Shown: piece by piece, positions 37,417 through 47,027 of the stretch | Position numbering within the stretch: position 1 is the stretch's first letter | How the letters are laid out: each line of letters opens with the position of its first letter | Source of the DNA: Escherichia phage kaaroe | Sequence record: MN850574.1 | DNA length: 64,000 nucleotides | Direction: 5' to 3' (one strand) | Notes under the pieces: model-generated | The model's input: the letters and a program-made list of their open reading frames with translations, nothing else | The model's database searches: none | What the model was told of the DNA's origin: nothing | Translations under genes and position numbers: made by a program

Positions 37417-39240
37417 ATGAGTGAGTTTCGCATTTTATCTGATCGTGAACATGTCCTTAAGCGTGCAGGAATGTATATAGGATCAACAACTTACGAAGAA
37501 CATCAACGTTTCCTGTTCGGTAAATGGACAAAAATTTCATACGTTCCTGGACTGGTTAAAATCATTGATGAGATCATCGACAACTCTGTAGACGAGGCGA
37601 TCCGCACTAACTTTGAATTTGCCAATGTGATTAGCGTCGATATCCAAAACAATATTGTTACTGTAACAGACAATGGTCGCGGTATTCCTCAACATATGGT
37701 TACTACCCCAGAGGGTACGCAGATTCCGCAACCTGTCGCCGCATGGACACGAACAAAAGCAGGGTCTAACTTTGATGATACCAATCGATTAACGCAAGGG
37801 ATGAACGGTGTGGGGTCGTCGTTGTCAAATTTCTTTAGCGATTGGTTTACTGGTGTGACCTGTGACGGCGAAACAGAAATGACCGTTCAATGTACAAACG
37901 GTGCTGAAAATATCACATGGTCATCGAAACCATCAAAATTGAAGGGAACAAAGGTTACATTTTGCCCAGACTTCGACCACTTCGAAGGTTATATGATGGG
38001 CAACTCTGTTTTAGATATTGTTCATGATCGTCTGCAATCATTGAGCGTAATATTTCCTAAGATCACGTTTAAGTTTAATGGTAAACGTATTGTTAGTAAG
38101 TTCAAGGATTATGCTAAACTATACAATGATGATCCGTTTGTCATTGAAGATAAAAACTTTTCACTTGCCCTAGTTCCTGCGGTCGAGGGAGAAGGTTTTA
38201 AATCAGTATCCTTTGCTAATGGTCTGTTTACCAAAAACGGGGGAACACACGTTGATTATGTGACAGATGATCTTTGTGAAGAGATTGTAAAACGAATCAA
38301 GAAAGAATATAAGGTTGATGTTACTAAAGCTGCGGTTAAGTCTGGATTGACCTGTATTCTTATTGTTCGTGAATTGCCTAACCTTCGTTTTGATTCACAG
38401 ACAAAAGAACGATTGACTAATCCAACTGGTGATATCAAGCGTCATATTGATCTTGATTTTAAAAAGCTGGCTAAAGTCATTGCTAAGAAAGAAAACATTA
38501 TCATGCCTATTATTGCTGTAGTCCTGGCACGCAAAGAGGCAGCAGATAAAGCGGCAGCGACTAAGGCAGCAAAGGCAGCGAAACGGGCTAAGGTGGCAAA
38601 ACACGTTAAAGCTAACCTTATTGGAACTGACGCAGAAACTACCCTGTTTTTGACGGAAGGTGATTCCGCGATCAACTATCTGATCTCTGTACGTGATCAA
38701 GATTTACATGGAGGTTTCCCGTTGCGAGGCAAAACTCTTACAACGTGGGAACAACCGGAGGCAAAGATCGTTAAGAACGCCGAAATTTTTAACATCATGG
38801 CGATCACTGGCTTGCAATTTGGTGTTGATGCATTGGAAGTTATGCAATACAAAAATATTGCGATTATGACCGACGCTGATACTGACGGGATCGGGTCTAT
38901 TAAACCTAGTCTGATCTCTTTCTTTGCACGTTGGCCTGAATTGTTCGAAGATGGACGAATCCGGTTTATCAAAACACCTATTATCATTGCGGAACCAAAG
39001 AAAGGTGATGATGTTCGATGGTATTATGACCTAGAAGATTTCGAGAACGACCGAGATAATATCAAAGGTTACAACATTCGATATATCAAAGGTTTAGCAT
39101 CGCTCACAGAATCAGACTATCATCGCGTGATCAACGATCCTGTCATGGAGATCATCACGTTACCGGAAAACTATAAAGAGCTATTCGATTTGCTCTATAG
39201 TGAAGATGCAGATCAGCGCAAAATTTGGATGCAATCATAA
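37417..39240 (+). CDS. 39: topoisomerase II large (GyrB-like ATPase) subunit gp39, unsplit
   Basis: RPGMYIGS-like N-terminus, GHKL ATPase motifs (DNGRGIP), TOPRIM region; continuous 607-aa ORF. Confidence 0.9.
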   Translation: MSEFRILSDREHVLKRAGMYIGSTTYEEHQRFLFGKWTKISYVPGLVKIIDEIIDNSVDEAIRTNFEFANVISVDIQNNIVTVTDNGRGIPQHMVTTPEGTQIPQPVAAWTRTKAGSNFDDTNRLTQGMNGVGSSLSNFFSDWFTGVTCDGETEMTVQCTNGAENITWSSKPSKLKGTKVTFCPDFDHFEGYMMGNSVLDIVHDRLQSLSVIFPKITFKFNGKRIVSKFKDYAKLYNDDPFVIEDKNFSLALVPAVEGEGFKSVSFANGLFTKNGGTHVDYVTDDLCEEIVKRIKKEYKVDVTKAAVKSGLTCILIVRELPNLRFDSQTKERLTNPTGDIKRHIDLDFKKLAKVIAKKENIIMPIIAVVLARKEAADKAAATKAAKAAKRAKVAKHVKANLIGTDAETTLFLTEGDSAINYLISVRDQDLHGGFPLRGKTLTTWEQPEAKIVKNAEIFNIMAITGLQFGVDALEVMQYKNIAIMTDADTDGIGSIKPSLISFFARWPELFEDGRIRFIKTPIIIAEPKKGDDVRWYYDLEDFENDRDNIKGYNIRYIKGLASLTESDYHRVINDPVMEIITLPENYKELFDLLYSEDADQRKIWMQS

Positions 39241-39244
39241 CACT

Positions 39245-39280
39245 TGACATACAAGGGAGATTCTCTATAATGGGAGTCTC
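39245..39280 (+). promoter_or_regulatory. early promoter within GGGAGA/TCTCCC hairpin followed by T-run
   Basis: TTGACA 39245-39250, TATAAT 39266-39271; arms GGGAGA 39255-39260 and TCTCCC 39277-39282 then TTTTCTTTT. Confidence 0.5.
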
Positions 39281-39305
39281 CCTTTTCTTTTATGAGGATT
39301 TAACG

Positions 39306-39605
39306 ATGAGCAAAAAGAATAACATGATGATGAGTATGGCAAAGTTCATGGAAGCAGACCTGATCAAAAATACAGTACAGCATGAACGCCAGCGAGAAGC
39401 CGCAGTGATTGCAGAACAAGGTTTTCAGGTTATCCGCAATCCACCTAAAGATACGATTAAATCGAAATACAGAGAAGATCTGAAAGACCATGAAGTACGG
39501 GAACTGGTTAATGATCTGCGTGACATTGCCATCAAATATCATGGTTATCAGTGCTTACGAGAACTGATCGCAGAGCGAGTAATGGATGCATTGAAAAAAG
39601 ATTAA
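39306..39605 (+). CDS. hypothetical protein
   Basis: GAGGATTTAACGATG start. Confidence 0.45.
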   Translation: MSKKNNMMMSMAKFMEADLIKNTVQHERQREAAVIAEQGFQVIRNPPKDTIKSKYREDLKDHEVRELVNDLRDIAIKYHGYQCLRELIAERVMDALKKD

Positions 39606-39612
39606 AAATCTG

Positions 39613-39647
39613 TTGACACTGGATCGGGGATATATCATAATGTCCCC
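39613..39647 (+). promoter_or_regulatory. early promoter with GGGGA/TCCCC hairpin
   Basis: TTGACA 39613-39618, 17-nt spacer, CATAAT 39636-39641; arms GGGGA 39626-39630 and TCCCC 39643-39647. Confidence 0.5.
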
Positions 39648-39671
39648 ATCGAAAACAAAAGGTTGACTTAT

Positions 39672-39866
39672 ATGAAACCGTTTAAGAATGAAGAAACTCA
39701 AAAATTTTGTGAAAAAATTGCAGAAATCTACTTGACAGGGAATAAGGAAAAAGCTAATATTATGTTCAAAGAGTCAGTTTCCATGATGAAAGTAGCACGC
39801 TGGGAACTGATCGCAATGCAAGACCAAATTCGTTATCTAGTAACAAAGGAGAATCAAAATGCGTAA
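39672..39866 (+). CDS. hypothetical protein
   Basis: Small ORF downstream of promoter. Confidence 0.4.
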   Translation: MKPFKNEETQKFCEKIAEIYLTGNKEKANIMFKESVSMMKVARWELIAMQDQIRYLVTKENQNA

Positions 39867-40053
39867 CCATTACATCGAATTGGCAAGCCGTAAAGTTTCA
39901 GACCTGAAAGGCGTAATTGCTTACTATGAAGAAGTCCTGAAAAACGAAATTGCCGAGTGGGAACGTAAAGAATACAGCAAGTGCTTAGAGAAAAGCCGCG
40001 CTGAACTGGTTGACGCAGAAGCCCATCTGCAATGGGTAATTGAAAATGTATAA
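39859..40053 (+). CDS. hypothetical protein
   Basis: AAGGAGAATCAAAATG start context. Confidence 0.4.
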   Translation: MRNHYIELASRKVSDLKGVIAYYEEVLKNEIAEWERKEYSKCLEKSRAELVDAEAHLQWVIENV

Positions 40054-40064
40054 GGAGTAGAAAA

Positions 40065-40322
40065 ATGAGTCGAAGTTTTGATTTTATGATCGCCAAGTGT
40101 CATAGAGAAAAGAAATCGATGGACCTATTTATGAAATGTCTGAGATATGAATATGCGCACCTTCGTAAACACAAAATTGACCCGCAAGTTTCCTACGAAA
40201 ACATCAAGAAATATGCGAAAGAAGTGATTGACAACGATTGCACCGTGACATATAATGCGTTTATTGATTTATGGGCGTGGGATGTAATCTACGCAGAGAT
40301 GGACAAAGAAGATTTTAATTAA
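40065..40322 (+). CDS. hypothetical protein
   Basis: AAGGAG RBS. Confidence 0.45.
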   Translation: MSRSFDFMIAKCHREKKSMDLFMKCLRYEYAHLRKHKIDPQVSYENIKKYAKEVIDNDCTVTYNAFIDLWAWDVIYAEMDKEDFN

Positions 40323-40336
40323 GTGAGGATTATATT

Positions 40337-42445
40337 ATGAAAATGCATATTGATAATGAAGAAGTATTTGGCAGTGACTTGAGCGGTGCGGTTGATTTTT
40401 CACTGAAAGCAAGTAGCAAGGCTTTTATGGTGCTTTCTAAGAACACTTATCAATATTGTGAACGTGCTTGCGTCCGTGAGTATTCGTGCAATGCTACCGA
40501 CACTCACAAAGAAGCCGGAACCTTAGATCGTCCGTTTGATATTCATTTACCGACTGCAATCGAACCGTATTTTTCTGTGCGTGATTATGGTACTGGTATT
40601 CCGTCTAAGAAAGAATTAGAACAACTGTTTACGGTTTACTTTGAATCAACAAAAGACCAGACTAATGATTATATCGGATCTTTTGGTTTAGGTGCGAAAT
40701 CTGCTTATAGCTATACCGACACCTTTACAATCGTAAACTATTACAATGGTCGCGCTTATGGCTTTACGGCATTTGTGCAAAACTCTATGCCGAAAATGGT
40801 GCAGATTTTCGACGAACCGACCTATGAAGACAACGGTCTGAAAATCACTATTCCGGTGAAAGAAAAAGACATTCAGACATGGCATCGAGAAGCGCAATTT
40901 GTACTGCGTCATTTTGGGGAACACAAACCTAATATCAATGCAATCGAAATTAATTATTTCCCTAGCTTTGATAATTATTATGTGTGTAATGGGCGTGATA
41001 ACGATTCCTATGTAGTATATGCAATCATGGGTAAGATCCAGTATCCGATCCCGTATGAATATGTTCGCGGAACATGGTTAGAAGCTGTAAACCGCCAGCA
41101 CCAGACCATTTACATTAATTTTGAGTTGGGTGATCTGGACCTTATGCCATCGCGTGAAGAAGTTCACTTGTCAATTGAGACTAAAGCGAACATCGAAAAA
41201 CGCATTGCAGAAATCAATGAAATGATGTTGGAAAAGGTTAAAGAAAAGATCGCCAACATTAAAACAGAGCGTAAACTTGCGCAATTTATGAGCGAGTATT
41301 CATCGACTCAACGCAATATTATTAGCAAGATGGGTAAGATCGGACAATGGGACGATCCGGTAGCAATCTATAATAAGTTTGTTAATGCGGGTAAAGATTC
41401 GCCTAATGACGTAGAAGGTCAGGTGTATACTCTGTATCGTACTCGTCACACAATAAGTAAATTGCGCCCTGCTTTCGTTAGCAGTCAATACAACATTACG
41501 CATTTTGTATGGATGCATAAAGAAGATATTACGTGTCTTATTGATGATACCGATAAACCGAAACTGCGTGCACTGACTCTTAACGGCATGGTCCAGGAAT
41601 ACGGCATCAATAAAAAGGTACTGGTGTTCCGTCAGAAAAACGAAAAACATATGGAGACTTTCGAGTACATCAAACAGTATTATGATGATTCTGAAATGAC
41701 CGTGATTAAAGTGTCTGAGGCCGATGATCTGCGTGCTAAAGCAGTTAAACCGGAGAAGACCGAGCGTACACAACGTGAAGCGACTCCTAAGCTGCCTAAC
41801 GTGTATATCATGGAAAAGATTGGTGACAGTTGGCATAAAACCAGCCATCACATGAAAGCGGCAGAGATTCGCGAGTTATCAGGCTTGCACATGTTCCGCG
41901 TAGGTGATGCATTCGAAAGCCGTAGTCGTAAATCGATCCATAGTGAAAATACATTACACACGGCGCTTGACTACTTCGGGGTAACAAAGTATATTATTAC
42001 TCGAAACGAGACACAAAAATATCTCGTTGACGAACAATTGGAATGTGCGCTAGAATTTGTTCGCGGTAAGCTGGCTGGTCTGGCTAAGAAGGTTAAGACC
42101 AATCATCTGGGGTATGGCGAATATCTGGGTGTGATCACTATGTTGTTTCATGACGATGAACTAGAACGCTGTGTTCCAGAATTTATTGACAGACTGTACG
42201 GTCGTCATTATAATAAAGAGGTTTCCAAGTTACTCCTTCGTACTCGTTGGATTATGGACGCAGAAACTAAAAAGATTTGTGATGAAAAATTCACGGTAGC
42301 AAACGAACGAATTAAAGCAGTTTGTGCGAAGTTTAAAGAGAATAGCCCGTTACTGTATGATATTGTAGATAACTGGTATCGTATTCTGCATAATGACAAA
42401 CGCGCACAAGACTTTATGAAACTGGTTAAGAATGTTAAATTTTAA
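40337..42445 (+). CDS. rIIA: rIIA protein (membrane-associated, GHKL-type ATPase-like domain)
   Basis: SKAFMVLSKN..YQ, LPTA..SVRDYGTGIP, GSFGLGAKSAYSYTDTF and GLKITIPV colinear with recalled T4 rIIA. Confidence 0.9.
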   Translation: MKMHIDNEEVFGSDLSGAVDFSLKASSKAFMVLSKNTYQYCERACVREYSCNATDTHKEAGTLDRPFDIHLPTAIEPYFSVRDYGTGIPSKKELEQLFTVYFESTKDQTNDYIGSFGLGAKSAYSYTDTFTIVNYYNGRAYGFTAFVQNSMPKMVQIFDEPTYEDNGLKITIPVKEKDIQTWHREAQFVLRHFGEHKPNINAIEINYFPSFDNYYVCNGRDNDSYVVYAIMGKIQYPIPYEYVRGTWLEAVNRQHQTIYINFELGDLDLMPSREEVHLSIETKANIEKRIAEINEMMLEKVKEKIANIKTERKLAQFMSEYSSTQRNIISKMGKIGQWDDPVAIYNKFVNAGKDSPNDVEGQVYTLYRTRHTISKLRPAFVSSQYNITHFVWMHKEDITCLIDDTDKPKLRALTLNGMVQEYGINKKVLVFRQKNEKHMETFEYIKQYYDDSEMTVIKVSEADDLRAKAVKPEKTERTQREATPKLPNVYIMEKIGDSWHKTSHHMKAAEIRELSGLHMFRVGDAFESRSRKSIHSENTLHTALDYFGVTKYIITRNETQKYLVDEQLECALEFVRGKLAGLAKKVKTNHLGYGEYLGVITMLFHDDELERCVPEFIDRLYGRHYNKEVSKLLLRTRWIMDAETKKICDEKFTVANERIKAVCAKFKENSPLLYDIVDNWYRILHNDKRAQDFMKLVKNVKF

Positions 42446-42456
42446 GAGGTGATATT

Positions 42457-42588
42457 ATGACTAAACTGACCGCTATCCAGAAAGAAACCATCCGTAAACA
42501 ATACGCTCGCGGCTTGACTAAAGGCGAACTGGCACGAATCTATAATGTATCAGACCGCACAATCCGCAAGGTTGTCGAAGCAAAATAA
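42457..42588 (+). CDS. small HTH protein resembling the N-terminal domain of T4 rIIB (43 aa)
   Basis: Unlisted ORF with GAGGTG RBS; LTKGELARIYNVSDRTIRKVVEAK parallels recalled T4 rIIB residues about 25-50. Confidence 0.45.
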   Translation: MTKLTAIQKETIRKQYARGLTKGELARIYNVSDRTIRKVVEAK

Positions 42589-42591
42589 TTC

Positions 42592-42628
42592 TGGTATAAT
42601 GATGTGAATCGGGCGGCGATAGTCGCCC
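42592..42628 (+). promoter_or_regulatory. extended -10 promoter-like element followed by hairpin
   Basis: TGgTATAAT at 42592-42600, no clear -35; GGGCG/CGCCC hairpin 42611-42628. Confidence 0.35.
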
Positions 42629-42650
42629 AACTAATAGAGGAATGAATACT

Positions 42651-43643
42651 ATGACTAAAGCAAAAATCACCGTCTCTGACCGTAACGTTCAATGCCTGGA
42701 TTCTGAAAAACAAATCAAACTGGCTAAACAGTGGGGCGAAGGTAAGTTTACTACCCGCGAAGCACTTGCGGCAGCATTTGGGGTATCTCGTCGTACTGCC
42801 TCCCGTGTATTACTGATTCAGAAAGACGCAGTAGCGGAAGGTCGCAAGGCACTAGAAAAACGTAAAGCACGCCGTAAAACCAGTAAAGGAAAAGGCGGTG
42901 AACGCGCAAAAAAGCCCGTGACTACTTCCTCAAAAATCGTAGCAATAGCCTCAACTAAGTTTATTACTATTACATGTGGTGACATTGTTTATACTGCTGA
43001 TCCATCGCATGTTAACTTTAATGAAGCACTGGAAGCGATTAAACATAATGATTTCATCAAAGCTATTACGCTGATTGACATTAAGAAAGCGGTTGAAGTA
43101 TATTATCACGGCGCTTTCCGTATCGAAAATGGTATTGTGTATTATCATAATATTGTTCTTGATAATAATCTGACTCGTCGAGTTGTGGAGTCGATTAAAG
43201 AGAATAAGCCATATACGCACTATCTGAACTTCTTTGAGAAGTGCAAGAAGAATCCTAGCCGTAAGGCGGTAGATCGTCTGTTTGACTTCTTAGAGCACAA
43301 CGACATTGAGATCGGGGAAGATGGTTGTTTCTATGCATGGAAACGTGTTGATGTTGATTATAAAGATTTCTTTACGCATACGTTTGATAATAGCCCAGGG
43401 CGCACGGTTAAAATGAAGCGTAAAGACGTGGACCCAGATGATGATCGCACTTGCTCTAATGGCCTCCACGTTGCAGCGAAACACTATATTCCTCACTATG
43501 GCGGTGGACGAGGCCGAATCATTAAATGCAAAGTTGATCCGCGTCACGTTGTAAGTATCCCGAAAGATTATGCGAATGCCAAAATGCGCTGCCATCGTTA
43601 CTATGTGGTTGAAGATGTAACCGAAGGTTTTAGCCATTACTAA
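42651..43643 (+). CDS. rIIB: rIIB protein
   Basis: C-terminal FYAWKRV..TFDNSPGRTVKM..DDDRTCSNGLHV..DPRHVVSIP..AKMRC..YVVEDVTE colinear with recalled T4 rIIB. Confidence 0.85.
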   Translation: MTKAKITVSDRNVQCLDSEKQIKLAKQWGEGKFTTREALAAAFGVSRRTASRVLLIQKDAVAEGRKALEKRKARRKTSKGKGGERAKKPVTTSSKIVAIASTKFITITCGDIVYTADPSHVNFNEALEAIKHNDFIKAITLIDIKKAVEVYYHGAFRIENGIVYYHNIVLDNNLTRRVVESIKENKPYTHYLNFFEKCKKNPSRKAVDRLFDFLEHNDIEIGEDGCFYAWKRVDVDYKDFFTHTFDNSPGRTVKMKRKDVDPDDDRTCSNGLHVAAKHYIPHYGGGRGRIIKCKVDPRHVVSIPKDYANAKMRCHRYYVVEDVTEGFSHY

Positions 43644-43657
43644 CAGAGGAATTAATT

Positions 43658-43984
43658 ATGGTTGATATGAAAGTTACTTGCGAAAGTGCACATGTTGAAG
43701 TTGAAAGTAGCCAATATTCATTGCGTCCGTCCGGTCGCGTTACTGTGACTATGGATGATGTTGATTTGGTTAATAATGTTAGTGTTGAAGATATCGTTAA
43801 TGAGTATGATCATAGCGAACTACTAGACGCAATTCCTGAACATGTTGTGATCCAGCACGTAGTAAGCAATAATGATCCATCGACTTTCATTAAAGAATAT
43901 GGCGCTGATGAAATGCTCGATGAAATTGGCGAAAAGATTGTTATTGCATGGCTTGAAAACAACGGTTATACTGTAGAACAATAA
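43658..43984 (+). CDS. hypothetical acidic protein
   Basis: ORF with GAGG RBS. Confidence 0.45.
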   Translation: MVDMKVTCESAHVEVESSQYSLRPSGRVTVTMDDVDLVNNVSVEDIVNEYDHSELLDAIPEHVVIQHVVSNNDPSTFIKEYGADEMLDEIGEKIVIAWLENNGYTVEQ

Positions 43985-43993
43985 TCAACATAG

Positions 43994-44016
43994 GCCGCTT
44001 TGCGCGGCCTTTCTTA
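43994..44016 (+). terminator. intrinsic terminator
   Basis: GGCCGCtttgcGCGGCC followed by TTTCTT. Confidence 0.5.
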
Positions 44017-44029
44017 GAGGGAATACATT

Positions 44030-44323
44030 ATGACGGTCACGGTTATTACCAAATACGACGACGAAAATGTGATTTACGGTGACGTGGTTGTTGTTCACGG
44101 TCGTAGCATGAAAGTTACTGGTAATTGTAAAGATGGTGCTATTATTTGCGGTGAATTGGTGAGAACAGTCAATCCTATCACCGACGAACAAAAGCGAGTC
44201 ATTATCAGAAAACTTAAAGACAGTGGATATTGTAACGTCGTGGTGATTCAAGAAAAAATTGAAGTAGGTCACTTATACACAAATCAGAAAACAATTCCTG
44301 TATCAATGGTTAAAGGCGGTTAA
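44030..44323 (+). CDS. hypothetical protein
   Basis: AGAGGG RBS. Confidence 0.45.
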   Translation: MTVTVITKYDDENVIYGDVVVVHGRSMKVTGNCKDGAIICGELVRTVNPITDEQKRVIIRKLKDSGYCNVVVIQEKIEVGHLYTNQKTIPVSMVKGG

Positions 44324-44325
44324 TA

Positions 44326-44688
44326 ATGCTAGGTCATTCTAAAATAGAAGATTGCTCATTCAGAGCAATGAAAGATGATTTTTCGGTCCTGTACGCGTCT
44401 ATCCGAGAGTTGTTTGTAGATTTTAAGCAATTCAGAGAATACAAAGGCGTTAAGATGCGGGAGTGGGTATTCTGGCCTTTCTATATCATTACTCTGTTTT
44501 CTATGGTATTTTGTTTTGTCGGGATCACTATCGCTAGTTTTGTCACTTGCGTTTTCCTGATTATCAGGTGTATCATGTTTGCTTTGATTGCTGCCCCGTT
44601 TATTGTGTCAATCCTTCCGTTAAAATGGCTATTGGATTGGGCTGATAAATCTGATAAAGTAAAGAATGTGATTTGTAAGCGTGTATGA
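44326..44688 (+). CDS. hypothetical membrane protein
   Basis: Two long hydrophobic segments (FYIITLFSMVFCFVGITIASFV, IMFALIAAPFIVSIL). Confidence 0.45.
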   Translation: MLGHSKIEDCSFRAMKDDFSVLYASIRELFVDFKQFREYKGVKMREWVFWPFYIITLFSMVFCFVGITIASFVTCVFLIIRCIMFALIAAPFIVSILPLKWLLDWADKSDKVKNVICKRV

Positions 44689-44695
44689 GGTGAAG

Positions 44696-46042
44696 ATGAA
44701 TAAATCAGTTACTTACCGCAGCCTTGAAAGCATTGTACATAATGAAGCTAAGGAATATGCGATCTATTCTGCCGAGGAACGCGGGATTCCTCAATTAGTG
44801 GATGGGCTTAAACCAGTGCAACGCTTTGTTATGGAGTGCGCACTTCAAAAGAGTAAAGGTGACCGTAAGAAATTCCGTAAGATGGCAGATATTGGATCTG
44901 GTGTTGCTGAGTTGGGGTATCACCACGGCGAAACTAATGCCGTAGAAGCCGGATCACTCATGGCGAATACATGGAGCAATAATACTCCACTGCTTGACGG
45001 TCAAGGTAACTTCGGATCGCGTTTAGTCCAGAAAGCAGGTGCGGCACGTTATATCTTTGCTCGCGTGCATGAAAACTTCTTTAAAATCTATAAAGATATG
45101 AATTGCGCACCTAAGCACGAAGATCTGGAACACATCCCGCCAGCGTTCTACTTGCCAGTTGTGCCAATGGTATTGGCTAACGGTATTAGTGGTATTGCTA
45201 CAGGGTATAAAACTGACATTTTACCGCATTCACTGGAAAGCCTTATTGAATGCACAGAGCTAGCACTTGCCGGAAAACTGGATAAAGAACCTAGTGTTCA
45301 ATTCCCGAAATTCACGGGTAAAGTTATCCCGCGAGATGATCGCGATGGTGTGATTCTTGAGGGTACATATGAACTAAACGGCAAGACTAAACTGACAATA
45401 TCAGAAGTTCCTTATAAGTTCGACCGTGAAGAATATGTAGCGGTACTGGATGCACTGGAAGAAAAAGATCTGATTGTATCGTATAATGACCGTTGCTCTA
45501 AGGACGGATTCAGATTTGAAGTAACACTGAAACGCGATTATTTCAAAAGCGAAGATGAATCCGCTCGACATGAGCAAATCATGAAGGATTTTAAACTAAC
45601 GCAGTTAGTAGCCCAGAATATCGTAGTAGTTAACGAACGTGGTTTAGTAGAAGTATTCGAGAAAGCGAGCGATCTGATCCGTCGATTCGTCGAAATCCGA
45701 TTAGGGTATGTCGATAAACGCATTGAATTGATGCAAGCGGAAACGCTGGAAGCATACAATTATGCAATGGCTAAAGCCGAATTTATCGATCGCGTAATTA
45801 AGGGCGAAATCGAGCTACAGGGCAAGAAAAAGGCCGAGGTAATGCAATCCATCAATGGACATGAAAAACTGCGTCCATACGCCGATAAGCTAGTTTCTAT
45901 GCCATTGTATAGCGTTACTCAAGAAGAGTATGATCGACTGGTCAAAGATGCCGATAAACATCATAGTGAATATGAGTATTGGACAAAGACGACCGCAATG
46001 AAGGAATATAAGAAAGATCTTAAAGAACTTAAGAAGGGTTGA
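44696..46042 (+). CDS. 52: topoisomerase II medium (GyrA-like) subunit gp52
   Basis: DGLKPVQRFV motif and breakage-reunion region; position after the rIIB region. Confidence 0.9.
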   Translation: MNKSVTYRSLESIVHNEAKEYAIYSAEERGIPQLVDGLKPVQRFVMECALQKSKGDRKKFRKMADIGSGVAELGYHHGETNAVEAGSLMANTWSNNTPLLDGQGNFGSRLVQKAGAARYIFARVHENFFKIYKDMNCAPKHEDLEHIPPAFYLPVVPMVLANGISGIATGYKTDILPHSLESLIECTELALAGKLDKEPSVQFPKFTGKVIPRDDRDGVILEGTYELNGKTKLTISEVPYKFDREEYVAVLDALEEKDLIVSYNDRCSKDGFRFEVTLKRDYFKSEDESARHEQIMKDFKLTQLVAQNIVVVNERGLVEVFEKASDLIRRFVEIRLGYVDKRIELMQAETLEAYNYAMAKAEFIDRVIKGEIELQGKKKAEVMQSINGHEKLRPYADKLVSMPLYSVTQEEYDRLVKDADKHHSEYEYWTKTTAMKEYKKDLKELKKG

Positions 46043-46044
46043 TT

Positions 46045-46242
46045 ATGAAAGAATATCCAGAAGGCGGTTATATTGCATTTGTGTACAACAATAAAAAGAT
46101 TGTGCCAATGGTCGTTGAGACTATGGAAGAAGCCAACCGGATCACTATTGAATCTCTGAGCAAATTAGCAGAGATGACAAACACACCAGAACACAGAGCA
46201 AAGATCGACAGCTTGATGAAAGAATTTTCAGAGAGGAAATAA
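46045..46242 (+). CDS. hypothetical protein
   Basis: Small ORF, ATG 46045 just after gene 52 stop. Confidence 0.4.
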   Translation: MKEYPEGGYIAFVYNNKKIVPMVVETMEEANRITIESLSKLAEMTNTPEHRAKIDSLMKEFSERK

Positions 46243-46245
46243 ATT

Positions 46246-46641
46246 ATGACTGAACGACGCATTACTTCAAATGGTTTGGGTACTCATCATGCCTGGATGG
46301 TTGACCCAGACAAAAATCCTTATAAACTTTACGATACAACGATTAAACCGTGGAATAATGGCGTATGGAAAACACCACCCACAACAGCACCTATTATGAC
46401 TGATCAGAAACCGTTTAGCCCGATGGCGGAACCAGTACAGATTAAGCCGTTACCTTACCAGATAACGACGAATAGCATCACCAACAAACAAGAAAATGAT
46501 ATTGATATGATCTACGAGATGATTAAACTTTGGCGTGATGTTTATCTGGGTGTTCTCTGCAACACAGATAAAAGTGCACATGCGGCAGCGGTACTGGCAT
46601 CTCATGCAGTAGACGAAGCCAAAAAGAAATTTAGTAAGTAA
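46246..46641 (+). CDS. hypothetical protein
   Basis: GAGAGG RBS. Confidence 0.5.
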   Translation: MTERRITSNGLGTHHAWMVDPDKNPYKLYDTTIKPWNNGVWKTPPTTAPIMTDQKPFSPMAEPVQIKPLPYQITTNSITNKQENDIDMIYEMIKLWRDVYLGVLCNTDKSAHAAAVLASHAVDEAKKKFSK

Positions 46642-46651
46642 CTGATTATTA

Positions 46652-46680
46652 AGCCGATCCTTGTGGTCGGCTTTTTTATT
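46652..46680 (+). terminator. intrinsic terminator
   Basis: AGCCGATCcttgtGGTCGGCT followed by TTTTTTATTTT. Confidence 0.7.
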
Positions 46681-46690
46681 TTAAAAGTTG

Positions 46691-46719
46691 TTGACTTCCA
46701 TAATCCATCATTGCATAAT
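46691..46719 (+). promoter_or_regulatory. sigma70-type early promoter with conserved leader
   Basis: TTGACT 46691-46696, 17-nt spacer, CATAAT 46714-46719; leader ATAATACACACATACCAAAC..AAGGAGAATCAA. Confidence 0.55.
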
Positions 46720-46750
46720 ACACACATACCAAACAAAAGGAGAATCAAAG

Positions 46751-47023
46751 ATGAACAACGAAAACAGCAAAGTGTTGGCAATTGCAGATAAAGTAGGTTA
46801 CTGGAAATGCTGGGATGATATGGAGAAATTAGGCGGTCGCTATCTCGATAACTTAGAGTTGCATTATTGCCAAGCGCGTAATGCAGAAGTTGCGGGAGTA
46901 GCAATCGAAGATATTCCGTCTAAAGTCTTCGGATTCTCTAAAGATGATACTCTAGAATATGTTTTCAAGGCTGTTATGGATCAAGCATGGGAAGACGCAG
47001 AGACACGCGCTCTTGACTGGTGA
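46751..47023 (+). CDS. hypothetical protein
   Basis: AAGGAGAATCAAAG then ATG 46751. Confidence 0.45.
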   Translation: MNNENSKVLAIADKVGYWKCWDDMEKLGGRYLDNLELHYCQARNAEVAGVAIEDIPSKVFGFSKDDTLEYVFKAVMDQAWEDAETRALDW

Positions 47024-47027
47024 TAAT

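Noticed and set aside
37417-39240. Possible translational bypass (gene 60-type hop) in topoisomerase gene
   Set aside because: Gene 39 is one uninterrupted 607-aa ORF covering both the gp39 and gp60 equivalents.
41300-41851. 183-aa reverse-strand ORF
   Set aside because: Antisense to rIIA; no start context; shadow ORF.
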